Assembly: GCA_017421025.1 (NCBI GenBank)
Contig: JAFQME010000008.1
Span: forward strand, 41,858 to 105,857
Reading direction: 5' to 3'
Source: Oscillospiraceae bacterium
GTDB lineage: Bacteria; Bacillota; Clostridia; Oscillospirales; JAAYXM01
DNA length: 64,000 bases
In this document: piece after piece, positions 33,090-41,541 of the stretch
Layout of the letters: every line of letters starts with the position of its first letter
How positions within the stretch are numbered: position 1 is the first letter of the stretch
The notes under the pieces: model-generated
Seen by the model: only the letters and a program-made list of their open reading frames with translations
Database searches by the model: none
What the model was told of the DNA's origin: nothing
Made by a program: the position numbers and the translations under genes

Positions 33090-33638
33090 TTATTCTCCTT
33101 CCATGACTGTGTAATCTGTAATGTCCCAAACCTCAGGATTTGGAACAAGCTTTCCGTCTCCGCCGACTTGCGGAGAGAATTTATGTCCGCTTAAGTTCTG
33201 CTCTGTGCTGATTTCAATATTCGGATGTAAATCCGACAAGTTACATTTTACCGTAAAAGCCTCACCGTTGTAAACCGTGTGGGTTTCATTTGTGTCTAAA
33301 TTTGTGATGACAACATCTTCTTTGTAACGGGGAATGATGAGATACCATTCATCCCCCTCGTAGTCAATGTGCCCCACCTGCTCAATGGCGTGATCTCCAA
33401 GGGCTTCAAACATCCCTGCGACAGATGCATGTCTGGCATCCATTCTGTCGCCATATCCCAAAAACGCCACAGCAAACATCGGTTGAGTATCAAGGGAGTC
33501 AAAGTCCAATACATTGGCATATTCGGTGCGGTAGTCGGAATCCACATATACCATGCCCGGACCGTCAAGAACCGTCGGCTTGCAGCCGAAGAGCGCAAGC
33601 AGTGCGGTCAAAATCGCCATCAGTTTGAGTCCTTTCAT
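33090..33638 (-). CDS. Hypothetical lipoprotein
   Basis: Lipobox LFGC; GDEWYLIIPRY and CNLSDLHPN. Confidence 0.7.
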   Translation of the reverse strand: MKGLKLMAILTALLALFGCKPTVLDGPGMVYVDSDYRTEYANVLDFDSLDTQPMFAVAFLGYGDRMDARHASVAGMFEALGDHAIEQVGHIDYEGDEWYLIIPRYKEDVVITNLDTNETHTVYNGEAFTVKCNLSDLHPNIEISTEQNLSGHKFSPQVGGDGKLVPNPEVWDITDYTVMEGE

Positions 33639-33642
33639 GTTA

Positions 33643-35166
33643 TCACCCCGCATACAGTAAATTCTCAAAGCATTCTTCTTCCGGAATTCCGCCCACTTTG
33701 ACCGGGTAGCCCGAAGTGTCCACGGTCAGCCGTACCTCTTTGCCGTCCGGAAGCCGTGCTTCCACATAGGACTTCCCATCGGTACGGAGCGGGGAAAATT
33801 CTGTGCCGGACGGGATTTCGGTTTCTTCCTCCTCGGGGAGCAGCAACACCTTGAGCGGGAGCTTGGAGGTCACAGAATTGCCGCCCTCAAGGCTGAGTGC
33901 ACGGTCGGTCATCTCAGGAACTCCGCCTCCACCCACCTTGTAGTTTGCAACGCCTTGCCGTGTGCCCAAAAGCTGCAGTGTGGTGGACAGGGAAATCGCA
34001 TTCGGGTCATTGAGGAATGGGCGATAAACCACAAAATCCTCCGCAGAATCGCCAACCGCCTCGGAATCGGGCTGGGTGTGTCTGAGACGGGCAATCTCGG
34101 AGATCGTATCGCCCAACTTCAGTGCCACAAATTCATTGTAATCTCCGTCCGAATAGGAGGTCACATAGAGATAGAGGTCATTTCCCATGCATACCAGATA
34201 CTTGTCAAAGGAGTACGCATAATTGATCTCGTCCACATAGTGCGCCCCATTTACATCCACACTGAGCATCTCATACGACCCGTACGGGTCGGGCATCGTG
34301 CCGGAATGGACGGTGGTCTTGCCGTCAAAGAAAAATTCCATCTCATGGTCGGTTAAAATCTCAAGCGCATATGCACTTGGTGCCTGGGTCAACTCCTGCG
34401 GGAACAACTCAGGGGAGTCGGCGAAGAACACCTTTGCCGAAAGAAGCCCTGCCGCATATGCCGCAATCTCATACGGGGAAAACCAAAAAGTGATGCCCTG
34501 GTAATCAATCGTCCAGGAATAATCCTCGGGCGCATACTCCGAGAATGTACCCGAAAGATCGGAGAAAACAACGTCCTGATATTTCTCGTGGAGGATTCCC
34601 GCCAAAAGTTCGGGAAGCACAGCGGGGTCGGTTACCACTTGCTCAAGCTTCATCTCCTCGCCGGTGTTCGGGTCAAAGGTGTGTCCGGTGTAGGTGTAAT
34701 TCGGGTGCGCGCCGCCCTCGTAAACATACACCGCTTCCAGATAACTCACCGCACGGTTGTCCGCACGCTGGGGGATGATGTCTGCCTCGCCGTCCAGCGA
34801 CAACTCATCATGCCACTGTAAAAGCTCTTCCCTTGCGGAATTCAAATCAAACAGCAGCGCCTTTCCGTCCTTTGCCGCCTCGGTGTTGAGGGTTTGGAAG
34901 GTGCTTGCGAGTTTGGGGTATTTGTCCGCATCCCGGTCGGAAAGCTTCAGATTGTCCCAAACCACACGGCAATAGCCTTGCTCCCCGTGCGATTCTTCCA
35001 AAACCGAATCCCCCACCGAGAGGTGCAAGAACTCCAACGCATCGGGGTTGGCAGGCTCCTCCTGCGGTGCTTCAACCGTGGGTGTCTCGCTTGGCGGCAG
35101 GGAGACAAAGGAACAGCCGGAGAGCAGCAAACACCCTGTTAAGAGCAAACAAAAGAACCGTTTCAT
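33643..35166 (-). CDS. Lipoprotein with DUF3298/RsiV-like domain
   Basis: Lipobox LSGC; YEGGAHPNY..GHTFD..TGE and FSPYEIAAYAAG; start at ATG 35166. Confidence 0.78.
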   Translation of the reverse strand: MKRFFCLLLTGCLLLSGCSFVSLPPSETPTVEAPQEEPANPDALEFLHLSVGDSVLEESHGEQGYCRVVWDNLKLSDRDADKYPKLASTFQTLNTEAAKDGKALLFDLNSAREELLQWHDELSLDGEADIIPQRADNRAVSYLEAVYVYEGGAHPNYTYTGHTFDPNTGEEMKLEQVVTDPAVLPELLAGILHEKYQDVVFSDLSGTFSEYAPEDYSWTIDYQGITFWFSPYEIAAYAAGLLSAKVFFADSPELFPQELTQAPSAYALEILTDHEMEFFFDGKTTVHSGTMPDPYGSYEMLSVDVNGAHYVDEINYAYSFDKYLVCMGNDLYLYVTSYSDGDYNEFVALKLGDTISEIARLRHTQPDSEAVGDSAEDFVVYRPFLNDPNAISLSTTLQLLGTRQGVANYKVGGGGVPEMTDRALSLEGGNSVTSKLPLKVLLLPEEEETEIPSGTEFSPLRTDGKSYVEARLPDGKEVRLTVDTSGYPVKVGGIPEEECFENLLYAG

Positions 35167-35272
35167 ATGGATACCCCTTTCAAATTTGATTTGGAATTTC
35201 TTCTTCTCCAAACCCTCCGAACTTCGGAAGGCTTGGAGAAGAAGGGAGCAGTTTGCTCCCTTCCAAAGTTTT

Positions 35273-36226
35273 TTAGAAACCGCTGACCTTGAAGAGAACG
35301 ATTTCGTCGCCGGTAACACCGGTGCGGTACAGCTGTGCCAGTACCAGGAATCCGCCGTCAACCGGGGTCATTTCGTAAATCCACATGCTGTCGTCGGTGA
35401 TGCCGCAAAGTTCCTTTGCATCCGCTTCGCCGATGATGGAGCCGTCAGCATTCACAAAGGTCATCTGATTGACCGAGGAGGAAACATAGCCGTTTGCGGT
35501 CTTTGCGCAAGCGTTCGGCAAAGAGCCTGCCAAGGAACCGGTGGAGAGCATCAGGCGGTTACCCGAAAGGTCAAATGCACCCAGGATGTTGTTTTCTGCA
35601 TCCGCACCTGCGAGCAGGACGGTATCGCCGTTGATTTCGATGTTGGAGATGGATTCAAATGCGCCAATGCCTGCAGCACCTTCCAGCATCCAATCGGAAG
35701 CTGCGCCATCCTTGATTGCGGTGATGGTTTCGCGGCCGGTGAAGTAGGTGAGAGCGAAGTTTGCGGTCTTGGAAGCGGAGAGGTAGCCGCTTGCAACCGC
35801 TTCGCCGGTAGCACCGGTTGCCGGATCCACAACGGTTGCTTCAAACACGCCGCCGTCTACATAGAGTTTGCCGCTGTTGTCCACGCTGATTTCGTCGCCG
35901 GTGTCCTCAACAGAAATTGTCTTGTCAAAGGTGAGGGCATTTCCGCTCAAAGTGAAAACCTTGACTTCGGTGTCGCCGTTGGAGATGTAAACCTTGTCAC
36001 CCAAAACGTCCATATCCGGGTCGCCGGAAACGTCGAGGATGATCGGAGCATCAAACGGCAGGTATTCTGCGGTCAGGGTGTAGTTGCCGACCAAAACCGG
36101 AGCGGGAGTCGGAGCGATGGCTTCTCTCGGAACATCTTCCACAACCGGTTCTTCCACTTCTTTTTCACATGCTACAAGGGAAAATGCCATTACAAGTGCC
36201 AAAATGAGTGCCAAATACTTTTTCAT
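35273..36226 (-). CDS. Hypothetical beta-rich lipoprotein
   Basis: Lipobox LVAC; acidic and beta-strand rich (possible propeller). Confidence 0.75.
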   Translation of the reverse strand: MKKYLALILALVMAFSLVACEKEVEEPVVEDVPREAIAPTPAPVLVGNYTLTAEYLPFDAPIILDVSGDPDMDVLGDKVYISNGDTEVKVFTLSGNALTFDKTISVEDTGDEISVDNSGKLYVDGGVFEATVVDPATGATGEAVASGYLSASKTANFALTYFTGRETITAIKDGAASDWMLEGAAGIGAFESISNIEINGDTVLLAGADAENNILGAFDLSGNRLMLSTGSLAGSLPNACAKTANGYVSSSVNQMTFVNADGSIIGEADAKELCGITDDSMWIYEMTPVDGGFLVLAQLYRTGVTGDEIVLFKVSGF

Positions 36227-36253
36227 GATAAATCCTCCTAAATAGTTTGTTGA

Positions 36254-37012
36254 TTATTTCACGGATGCAAGAGCAGCGTCCGCCTTTGCGATCCATTCGG
36301 TTCTGTCGCCGTATTTTGCAGTATCCAGGATATCCATGGTTTCTTCTGCTTTGGTTTCATCCATGGTTCCGTCTTTGGCTGCTTTGAATGCGCCTGCAAT
36401 TGCTTTGGCAGCATCCATCTGATGTTTGAAGGTGTTCTTGATGTTTCCGAGTGTTTTCTGAATGCCGAACTGGGTGTCGAAATACTTCGCCATACTGTCA
36501 AAGTCTTTCGAACCTCTGATTTCCAAACGCACCTGATACATACCGGGTGTGTTCTGGAACATCAGAACACAGTAATGCTTGGTCTCTTCCTTGCCCTCGG
36601 AATTTTTAACCGTTTCGTAATCGTAATCGTAGCCGTACAAGTCAGCAAGACGATAGACACAGGCGAGGGTGGTTTTGCCGAAGATGAAAATTTTGTAGCG
36701 GTTTTCCGTAACTGCCACAAGTCCCGTGGAAGGAGAAACATACAGTTCACCGTTTCTTCCGAACCGTTTCAGCTTTTCCTCCTTCACCTTTGTTTTGGTC
36801 AGCGGTACGAAAATCTGATTCCACACTTTTGTACCGAACTCCACCTGCTCGATGTGAGAGGTGACCGAACTCAGTGTTGCCTCCACTTGGTTGAAGATTT
36901 TCAGACATTTCTTCGAGCAGACTTTACGGCAGATATAATTGCCGTCCGCCAGTTTTTGTTCGGAGATCAGACCTACTTCTGCTCCACAGATTGCACAGTT
37001 GTGCTTTGCCAT
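36254..37012 (-). CDS. Zinc-ribbon protein (DUF4428-like)
   Basis: N-terminal CAICG...KLADGNYICRKVC; RBS GGAGG. Confidence 0.7.
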   Translation of the reverse strand: MAKHNCAICGAEVGLISEQKLADGNYICRKVCSKKCLKIFNQVEATLSSVTSHIEQVEFGTKVWNQIFVPLTKTKVKEEKLKRFGRNGELYVSPSTGLVAVTENRYKIFIFGKTTLACVYRLADLYGYDYDYETVKNSEGKEETKHYCVLMFQNTPGMYQVRLEIRGSKDFDSMAKYFDTQFGIQKTLGNIKNTFKHQMDAAKAIAGAFKAAKDGTMDETKAEETMDILDTAKYGDRTEWIAKADAALASVK

Positions 37013-37032
37013 AATAAATTCCTCCTTAAGCG

Positions 37033-38385
37033 TTAGTTTACGATATCACTCGTGTCGATCACGTGATGGTCACGGTATCGAATCACGGTATCGCCGGATT
37101 GAGGACGGACCCCGTCCGTCATTGCAAAGACGATGCCCACATTGTCGCCTTTTTTTGCTTCCTCCAAAGCCTTTTCGAACATCTCAATGGATTCCACAGT
37201 CCCGAATGCAATGATCTTGCCGTTTCGTTCCACCGAAACCTTCTCGCCGACCTTCAGCCATCCGTCGGAGAGTCTGCCGGTGAGGGTCTGCTGGCCGTTA
37301 TCCCAAAGCGACTGTGCCACCGTCATGGAAAACGGTCCGAATACGCTTGCAGTGTCGGATGTGACGGTATTGCCTGCCGCATCGGTCACTGTGCAGGAAA
37401 TCGGCTGTCCCACAAGCACTCCGTCGGGAGTAAGCGAGATTGTGAGCGTGTCGGTGGTTGCACCGCTTACCGCATCGCTGTTTTCAATCACCACCGTGTC
37501 ACGGCGGCTGCGGTAACTCCATCGATAGGTGTACGGCTTGATTCCGCCTTCCACCAGAATCTTCAGAGAAACGTCGGAATACTCAGACGCTTCCAGACTC
37601 TCGGGCTGAGCCTGAATCACAAGCGGGGTGGTGGTGATTCCCGGCAGGGTGGGGGAACCCTGTACGACGGGCGTCTCAACGGTAGACGGCGGAACCACGA
37701 TGGAGGGATGACCGTTGATCTCAACATTGGGAAGATTGGGATCGATTTGCTCATGAATCATGGTGAACTTCACACGTTTTTCCTTGTTCATCATGCGAAT
37801 CAGAATGGTTGCCACTTCCGAGCGCTTGATGTTGGTGTTCGGCTTGCAGGTGTGGTTTTCGTCCACACCGGTCACAATGCCTGCACGGTAAAGCTTGTAT
37901 GCAACATCCCAAAACTCGCTGTCCTCCGGTACATCCGGAATGGTGCCATCCTCAATCCCGTTGATGACTTCGTATTCGCTCTCGGGCAGTGCGCTTGCAA
38001 ATACGGTCATAAACCAGGCACGGGTGGCGTAGTCGTTCATCACTTCCGGCTCAGCGCTCCCAATGTTGTTGGAAGCACAGTAGTCCACATACGGCTGATA
38101 CCAGGGAGTACCGTTTTTCAAGGTAATCTCGCCGGTCGTGTGCCGCTGATTCATGCAAGCCGCAAGCTTTAACACCTCGGCATGGGTGATGAAGTCGTTG
38201 GGGGCGTAGGTGGTTGTGGTCTTGCCGTTGATGAGCCCCATCTCCACTGCAGCAAGCACATCCTCGTAATACCACGCACCCTCGCTGACATCGGTAAACG
38301 GATTTTCAATCGGGTTTGCCGATGCGGTGCATACAAGGGAGCACAGCATCATCACGGCAAGGGTCAATGCGAAAAGTCGTTTCAT
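37033..38385 (-). CDS. SLH surface protein with an Ig domain and a C-terminal EF-Tu domain II-like barrel
   Basis: Signal peptide; SLH (FTDVSEGAWYY, KRSEVA); Ig (GGIKPYTYRW...CTVTDAAG); C-terminal TGRLSDGWLKVGEKV...SIEMFEKALEEAKKGDNVG. Confidence 0.8.
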   Translation of the reverse strand: MKRLFALTLAVMMLCSLVCTASANPIENPFTDVSEGAWYYEDVLAAVEMGLINGKTTTTYAPNDFITHAEVLKLAACMNQRHTTGEITLKNGTPWYQPYVDYCASNNIGSAEPEVMNDYATRAWFMTVFASALPESEYEVINGIEDGTIPDVPEDSEFWDVAYKLYRAGIVTGVDENHTCKPNTNIKRSEVATILIRMMNKEKRVKFTMIHEQIDPNLPNVEINGHPSIVVPPSTVETPVVQGSPTLPGITTTPLVIQAQPESLEASEYSDVSLKILVEGGIKPYTYRWSYRSRRDTVVIENSDAVSGATTDTLTISLTPDGVLVGQPISCTVTDAAGNTVTSDTASVFGPFSMTVAQSLWDNGQQTLTGRLSDGWLKVGEKVSVERNGKIIAFGTVESIEMFEKALEEAKKGDNVGIVFAMTDGVRPQSGDTVIRYRDHHVIDTSDIVN

Positions 38386-38405
38386 GGTGTTTTCTCCTCT
38401 CATCG

Positions 38406-39164
38406 TTAGAAACTGCCGCCTCTCCCGCCGTGGCTGCGGCCGGAAGAAGAGGTGTGTGACCCGGACTCGGATTTGGGTCGCTCGGTTTTCGTGACATGAG
38501 AATACAGGAACAAATCACGGGATGCGGTCATCTTCATATCGGTGACATAGTTTGCTGCCTCATCGTTTGCGTTTGCGGTCTTCATCTGCTTGAGTTTCTT
38601 GTGCATCTTGAGGAATGCAATGAGAAGCGGAAGAATCAGACAAAGCGCCAGGATGATCAACACGGTTTTCAGCGGCTTTTTGTTATACGGCGATCCCTGT
38701 GCCGCCATCTCCAAAAGCTCGTCTGCGGTTTCGATGTATGCCAAACACGCACCATAGTAGTCATCCTCGGAGAGATAGGGGAGTACCTTGCTCTCCAGGT
38801 AAACCAAACCGTTTGCGTTGAAGGCAACCTCGCCTTCTCCGTGTGTCGTGAAGTGATACTCACGGGTTTGTGAGCAAATGTAGAATAAAATTCCGTCGCT
38901 TTTTTCACCGCTGCCGTATCCCTGATAGTCGTAAATGTCATCCGCTGCAGCCTCAACCGAGTCCGCAGAATAGGAGTCCTCGGTGTAGATGACCACGTCA
39001 ACCCCGTATTTGCTGCGTACAGCTTCCAACTTCTCGGAAAGCTCTGTCAGTTCCGACTGCATGAGATACCCTGCATCGTCGGTGATCGGGGCGTTTGCAA
39101 ATGCGGAAGCCTGCAAGAACAGGAACACCAAAAGGAGAATGCTGCAAAGAATTCGTTTTTTCAT
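38406..39164 (-). CDS. TPM-domain membrane protein (YdjH-like)
   Basis: ITDDAGYL, DGILF, TM, and the typical tail DLFLYSHVTK...HTSSSGRSHGGRGGSF. Confidence 0.88.
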   Translation of the reverse strand: MKKRILCSILLLVFLFLQASAFANAPITDDAGYLMQSELTELSEKLEAVRSKYGVDVVIYTEDSYSADSVEAAADDIYDYQGYGSGEKSDGILFYICSQTREYHFTTHGEGEVAFNANGLVYLESKVLPYLSEDDYYGACLAYIETADELLEMAAQGSPYNKKPLKTVLIILALCLILPLLIAFLKMHKKLKQMKTANANDEAANYVTDMKMTASRDLFLYSHVTKTERPKSESGSHTSSSGRSHGGRGGSF

Positions 39165-39177
39165 GACCGTTCCTCCT

Positions 39178-40263
39178 TTAGTGCAGCAGCAGGAACGCAA
39201 TCACAGCCGCCACTGCATATCCGATTCCCGCAATTTTTGCGAAATACTTCCACTTTTTCTTGTTGTCCACCGGGAACTCGCCAACCACTTTTCCGGTCTG
39301 CCCGTTGATGGCAAATTTGTAAATCGTGTTGGCGTACTTGATGTTGAGCATCCAAACCGGGAGCAGGGAGTAGCGGATTTTGCCGCCGGAGAAACTCACA
39401 CGCTCGCTCTCCGGAATTACCACGTTGTAGCAGCCGGTGGTGTCGGAAAACGCTGCAATGGTGGAGTTTTTCACACGCTCGTTTGCACGCTCAATGCTCT
39501 CTTCTGCGGAAACGTCGTATTTGTCCGCCAAATACCCGGACAGGAACGCCGGGGAGAATTCCACCGCCGCCGAGTAGTCAAACGGCTCCACCGCCTCCAT
39601 GTACGCATCGTCCGCCTTTTTTGAGCCGTCCACCGGGATGTTTGCAAACCCGACACTGCCCGCACGGAACAAACGGAAGTAGTCGGTCTTGGTGTAGTTG
39701 TAATTGGCATCACTCCATGCGGTCACACGCTGTGCGTTGTAGGAAACCGCCGCATCACAGTTGCAGTCAAACATCCAGAAGGGGACATACACCCCCGACA
39801 TTTCCTCAATCTTCTTTTTGACCTTGAATTCATCGGGCAAAAACGGAGCGTTTTTGAACTCCGCTTCAAAGGCTGCCACTGCGGCTTTCTTATCCACCTG
39901 AAACGGGATGATGTAGTCAGGGCGCAAACCGCCTTCGAATTGCCCTTTCACAACGGTTGCCTGCCCGCAATAGGGACAGACCGTGCTGCCCAAGGTCTCG
40001 TCACCGGAAATCTCGGCGCCGCAGGACGGACAGGAGTAGCCGGCGAGGTTGAGTTCTCCCTCCGCCTCAAAACTGCGAGGGGTGTAGCTTTCCCAATCGT
40101 ATTTGGAAATGCCGCCTGCCGCCTCGTTTCCTTCCGCAAACTGCTGAACGGTTTCCAGCGGGAACGAATTCCCGCAAGACTCACAGACCAGCGTCTGGGT
40201 TTCCGCACCGAATACAAGCGGAGCGGTACAACAAGGACATCTGTAATTCTGGATGGTATCCAA
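39178..40263 (-). CDS. Zinc-ribbon membrane protein (YdjG-like)
   Basis: CPCC, CESCG, CPSCG and CPYCG; PDYIIPF, YVPFW, LPVW, INGQTGK; C-terminal TM; TTG start after AGGAGG. Confidence 0.85.
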   Translation of the reverse strand: MDTIQNYRCPCCTAPLVFGAETQTLVCESCGNSFPLETVQQFAEGNEAAGGISKYDWESYTPRSFEAEGELNLAGYSCPSCGAEISGDETLGSTVCPYCGQATVVKGQFEGGLRPDYIIPFQVDKKAAVAAFEAEFKNAPFLPDEFKVKKKIEEMSGVYVPFWMFDCNCDAAVSYNAQRVTAWSDANYNYTKTDYFRLFRAGSVGFANIPVDGSKKADDAYMEAVEPFDYSAAVEFSPAFLSGYLADKYDVSAEESIERANERVKNSTIAAFSDTTGCYNVVIPESERVSFSGGKIRYSLLPVWMLNIKYANTIYKFAINGQTGKVVGEFPVDNKKKWKYFAKIAGIGYAVAAVIAFLLLH

Positions 40264-40380
40264 AAGAATCCCTCCTCCTTTCGGGGTTGACCAAAAAATT
40301 CTCGCATGGTATAATTCTTATATATTATATTGTAGTGAATACTTAGGGAGAAGTCCCCACCCCCTCACTCTTTTTTTTGA

Positions 40381-40416
40381 AAAACGGGTGGGAAAACGGG
40401 TGGGAAAACGGGTGGG
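40381..40416 (+). repeat. Perfect 3 x 12-bp tandem repeat (AAAACGGGTGGG) in the divergent promoter region
   Basis: Exact copies at 40381, 40393 and 40405. Confidence 0.9.
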
Positions 40417-40442
40417 ACTGCTTCGGATAAAGGAGAGTTCGC

Positions 40443-41498
40443 ATGAAACGACGAGTCATACAGGGCATCCTTGCCGTGCTGTTGCTCGGCATGCTCTGCG
40501 GCTGTACCCAAATCGGGCAAAAAACAGCGAGTCTGTCCGTGATTTACATTGCGGCGGCAGTGCTTTCTCTGCTCTTGATGGTGGGCTACTGCGTGCTTGT
40601 AAAAAAGAAAGAAATCTGGATGCTGCTGCTGTTCGGTGCGGTGGTTGTGGTCAATCTCGGGTATGTGACCCTTGCGGTGTCCGAGACCTTGGAGCAGGCG
40701 CTGTGGGCAAACCGAATCGCCTATCTCGGCTCGGTGTTTCTGCCGCTGTCCATGCTGATGAGCATCCTCAATGTTACCCGTCTGAAATACCCCAAATGGT
40801 TGCCCGGTGTTTTGTTCTTCATCGCATTGGGCGTGTTCTGTCTTGCGGCAAGTCCGGGGTATCTCGATCTCTATTACAAATCCGTCACCCTCGAGAAGGT
40901 CGGCGGGGTCTCGGTGCTGTGTAAGGAATACGGCGCATGGCATCCGGTTTATCTCTTCTATCTGCTTGGGTATTTTGTCACTATGGTTGCGGCGATTCTC
41001 CATGCCATTGTCAAAAAGAAGCTTGAGTCTGTGGCGCACGCAGTTTTTTTGGCAGGTGCGGTGTTTGTCAATCTCGGTGTTTGGCTTTTGGGTCAGTTGG
41101 TGAAAATCGATTTCGAATTCCTTTCCGTTTCCTATCTCATCAGCGAGATGTTCCTCATCGGGTTGTATCTTATGCTGGAGTATCAGGAAAAACTCTTAGA
41201 GCGTGTCCGGTCCGACCAAAAGCCTGCGGTGCGGCACGTCGTTGCGCATGAAGATTCCCCGGAATATCAGGAGCGTTGCAACTATCTGCGGGACCATCTG
41301 CACACCCTCACTCCCTCGGAGCGTACGGTTTTTGAACTCTACTGCGCAGGCAAAACCAGCAAAGAAATCATGCAGGAACTCCATATTGCGGAAAATACCT
41401 TGAAGTATCACAATCGCAACCTGTATGGCAAACTCGGGGTTTCCTCCCGAAAGCAGCTTCTCGAATACGCCAAAGCCGTCGAGAAAACAAGAACATAG
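40443..41498 (+). CDS. Membrane-embedded (7TM) LuxR-family one-component regulator
   Basis: N-terminal lipobox-like LCGC; about 7 TMs; C-terminal LTPSERTVF...GKTSKEI..ELHIAENTLKYHNRNLYGKLGVSSR. Confidence 0.85.
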   Translation: MKRRVIQGILAVLLLGMLCGCTQIGQKTASLSVIYIAAAVLSLLLMVGYCVLVKKKEIWMLLLFGAVVVVNLGYVTLAVSETLEQALWANRIAYLGSVFLPLSMLMSILNVTRLKYPKWLPGVLFFIALGVFCLAASPGYLDLYYKSVTLEKVGGVSVLCKEYGAWHPVYLFYLLGYFVTMVAAILHAIVKKKLESVAHAVFLAGAVFVNLGVWLLGQLVKIDFEFLSVSYLISEMFLIGLYLMLEYQEKLLERVRSDQKPAVRHVVAHEDSPEYQERCNYLRDHLHTLTPSERTVFELYCAGKTSKEIMQELHIAENTLKYHNRNLYGKLGVSSRKQLLEYAKAVEKTRT

Positions 41499-41539
41499 AA
41501 AAAGCCCCTTTCAACGGATGGTTGAAAGGGGCTTTTTTT
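41499..41539. terminator. Bidirectional terminator
   Basis: AAAAAGCCCCTTTCAAC-GGATG-GTTGAAAGGGGCTTTTT. Confidence 0.9.
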
Positions 41540-41541
41540 GG

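Noticed and set aside
40342-40353. CTTAGGGAGAAG, identical to one end of structured repeat copy 3
   Set aside because: Only 12 nt, with none of the arms following; could be chance or an unprovable remnant.
40381-40416. Short repeats here and at 30116 and 4932 as possible CRISPR arrays
   Set aside because: Head-to-tail tandem repeats with no spacers, and no cas genes in the window.
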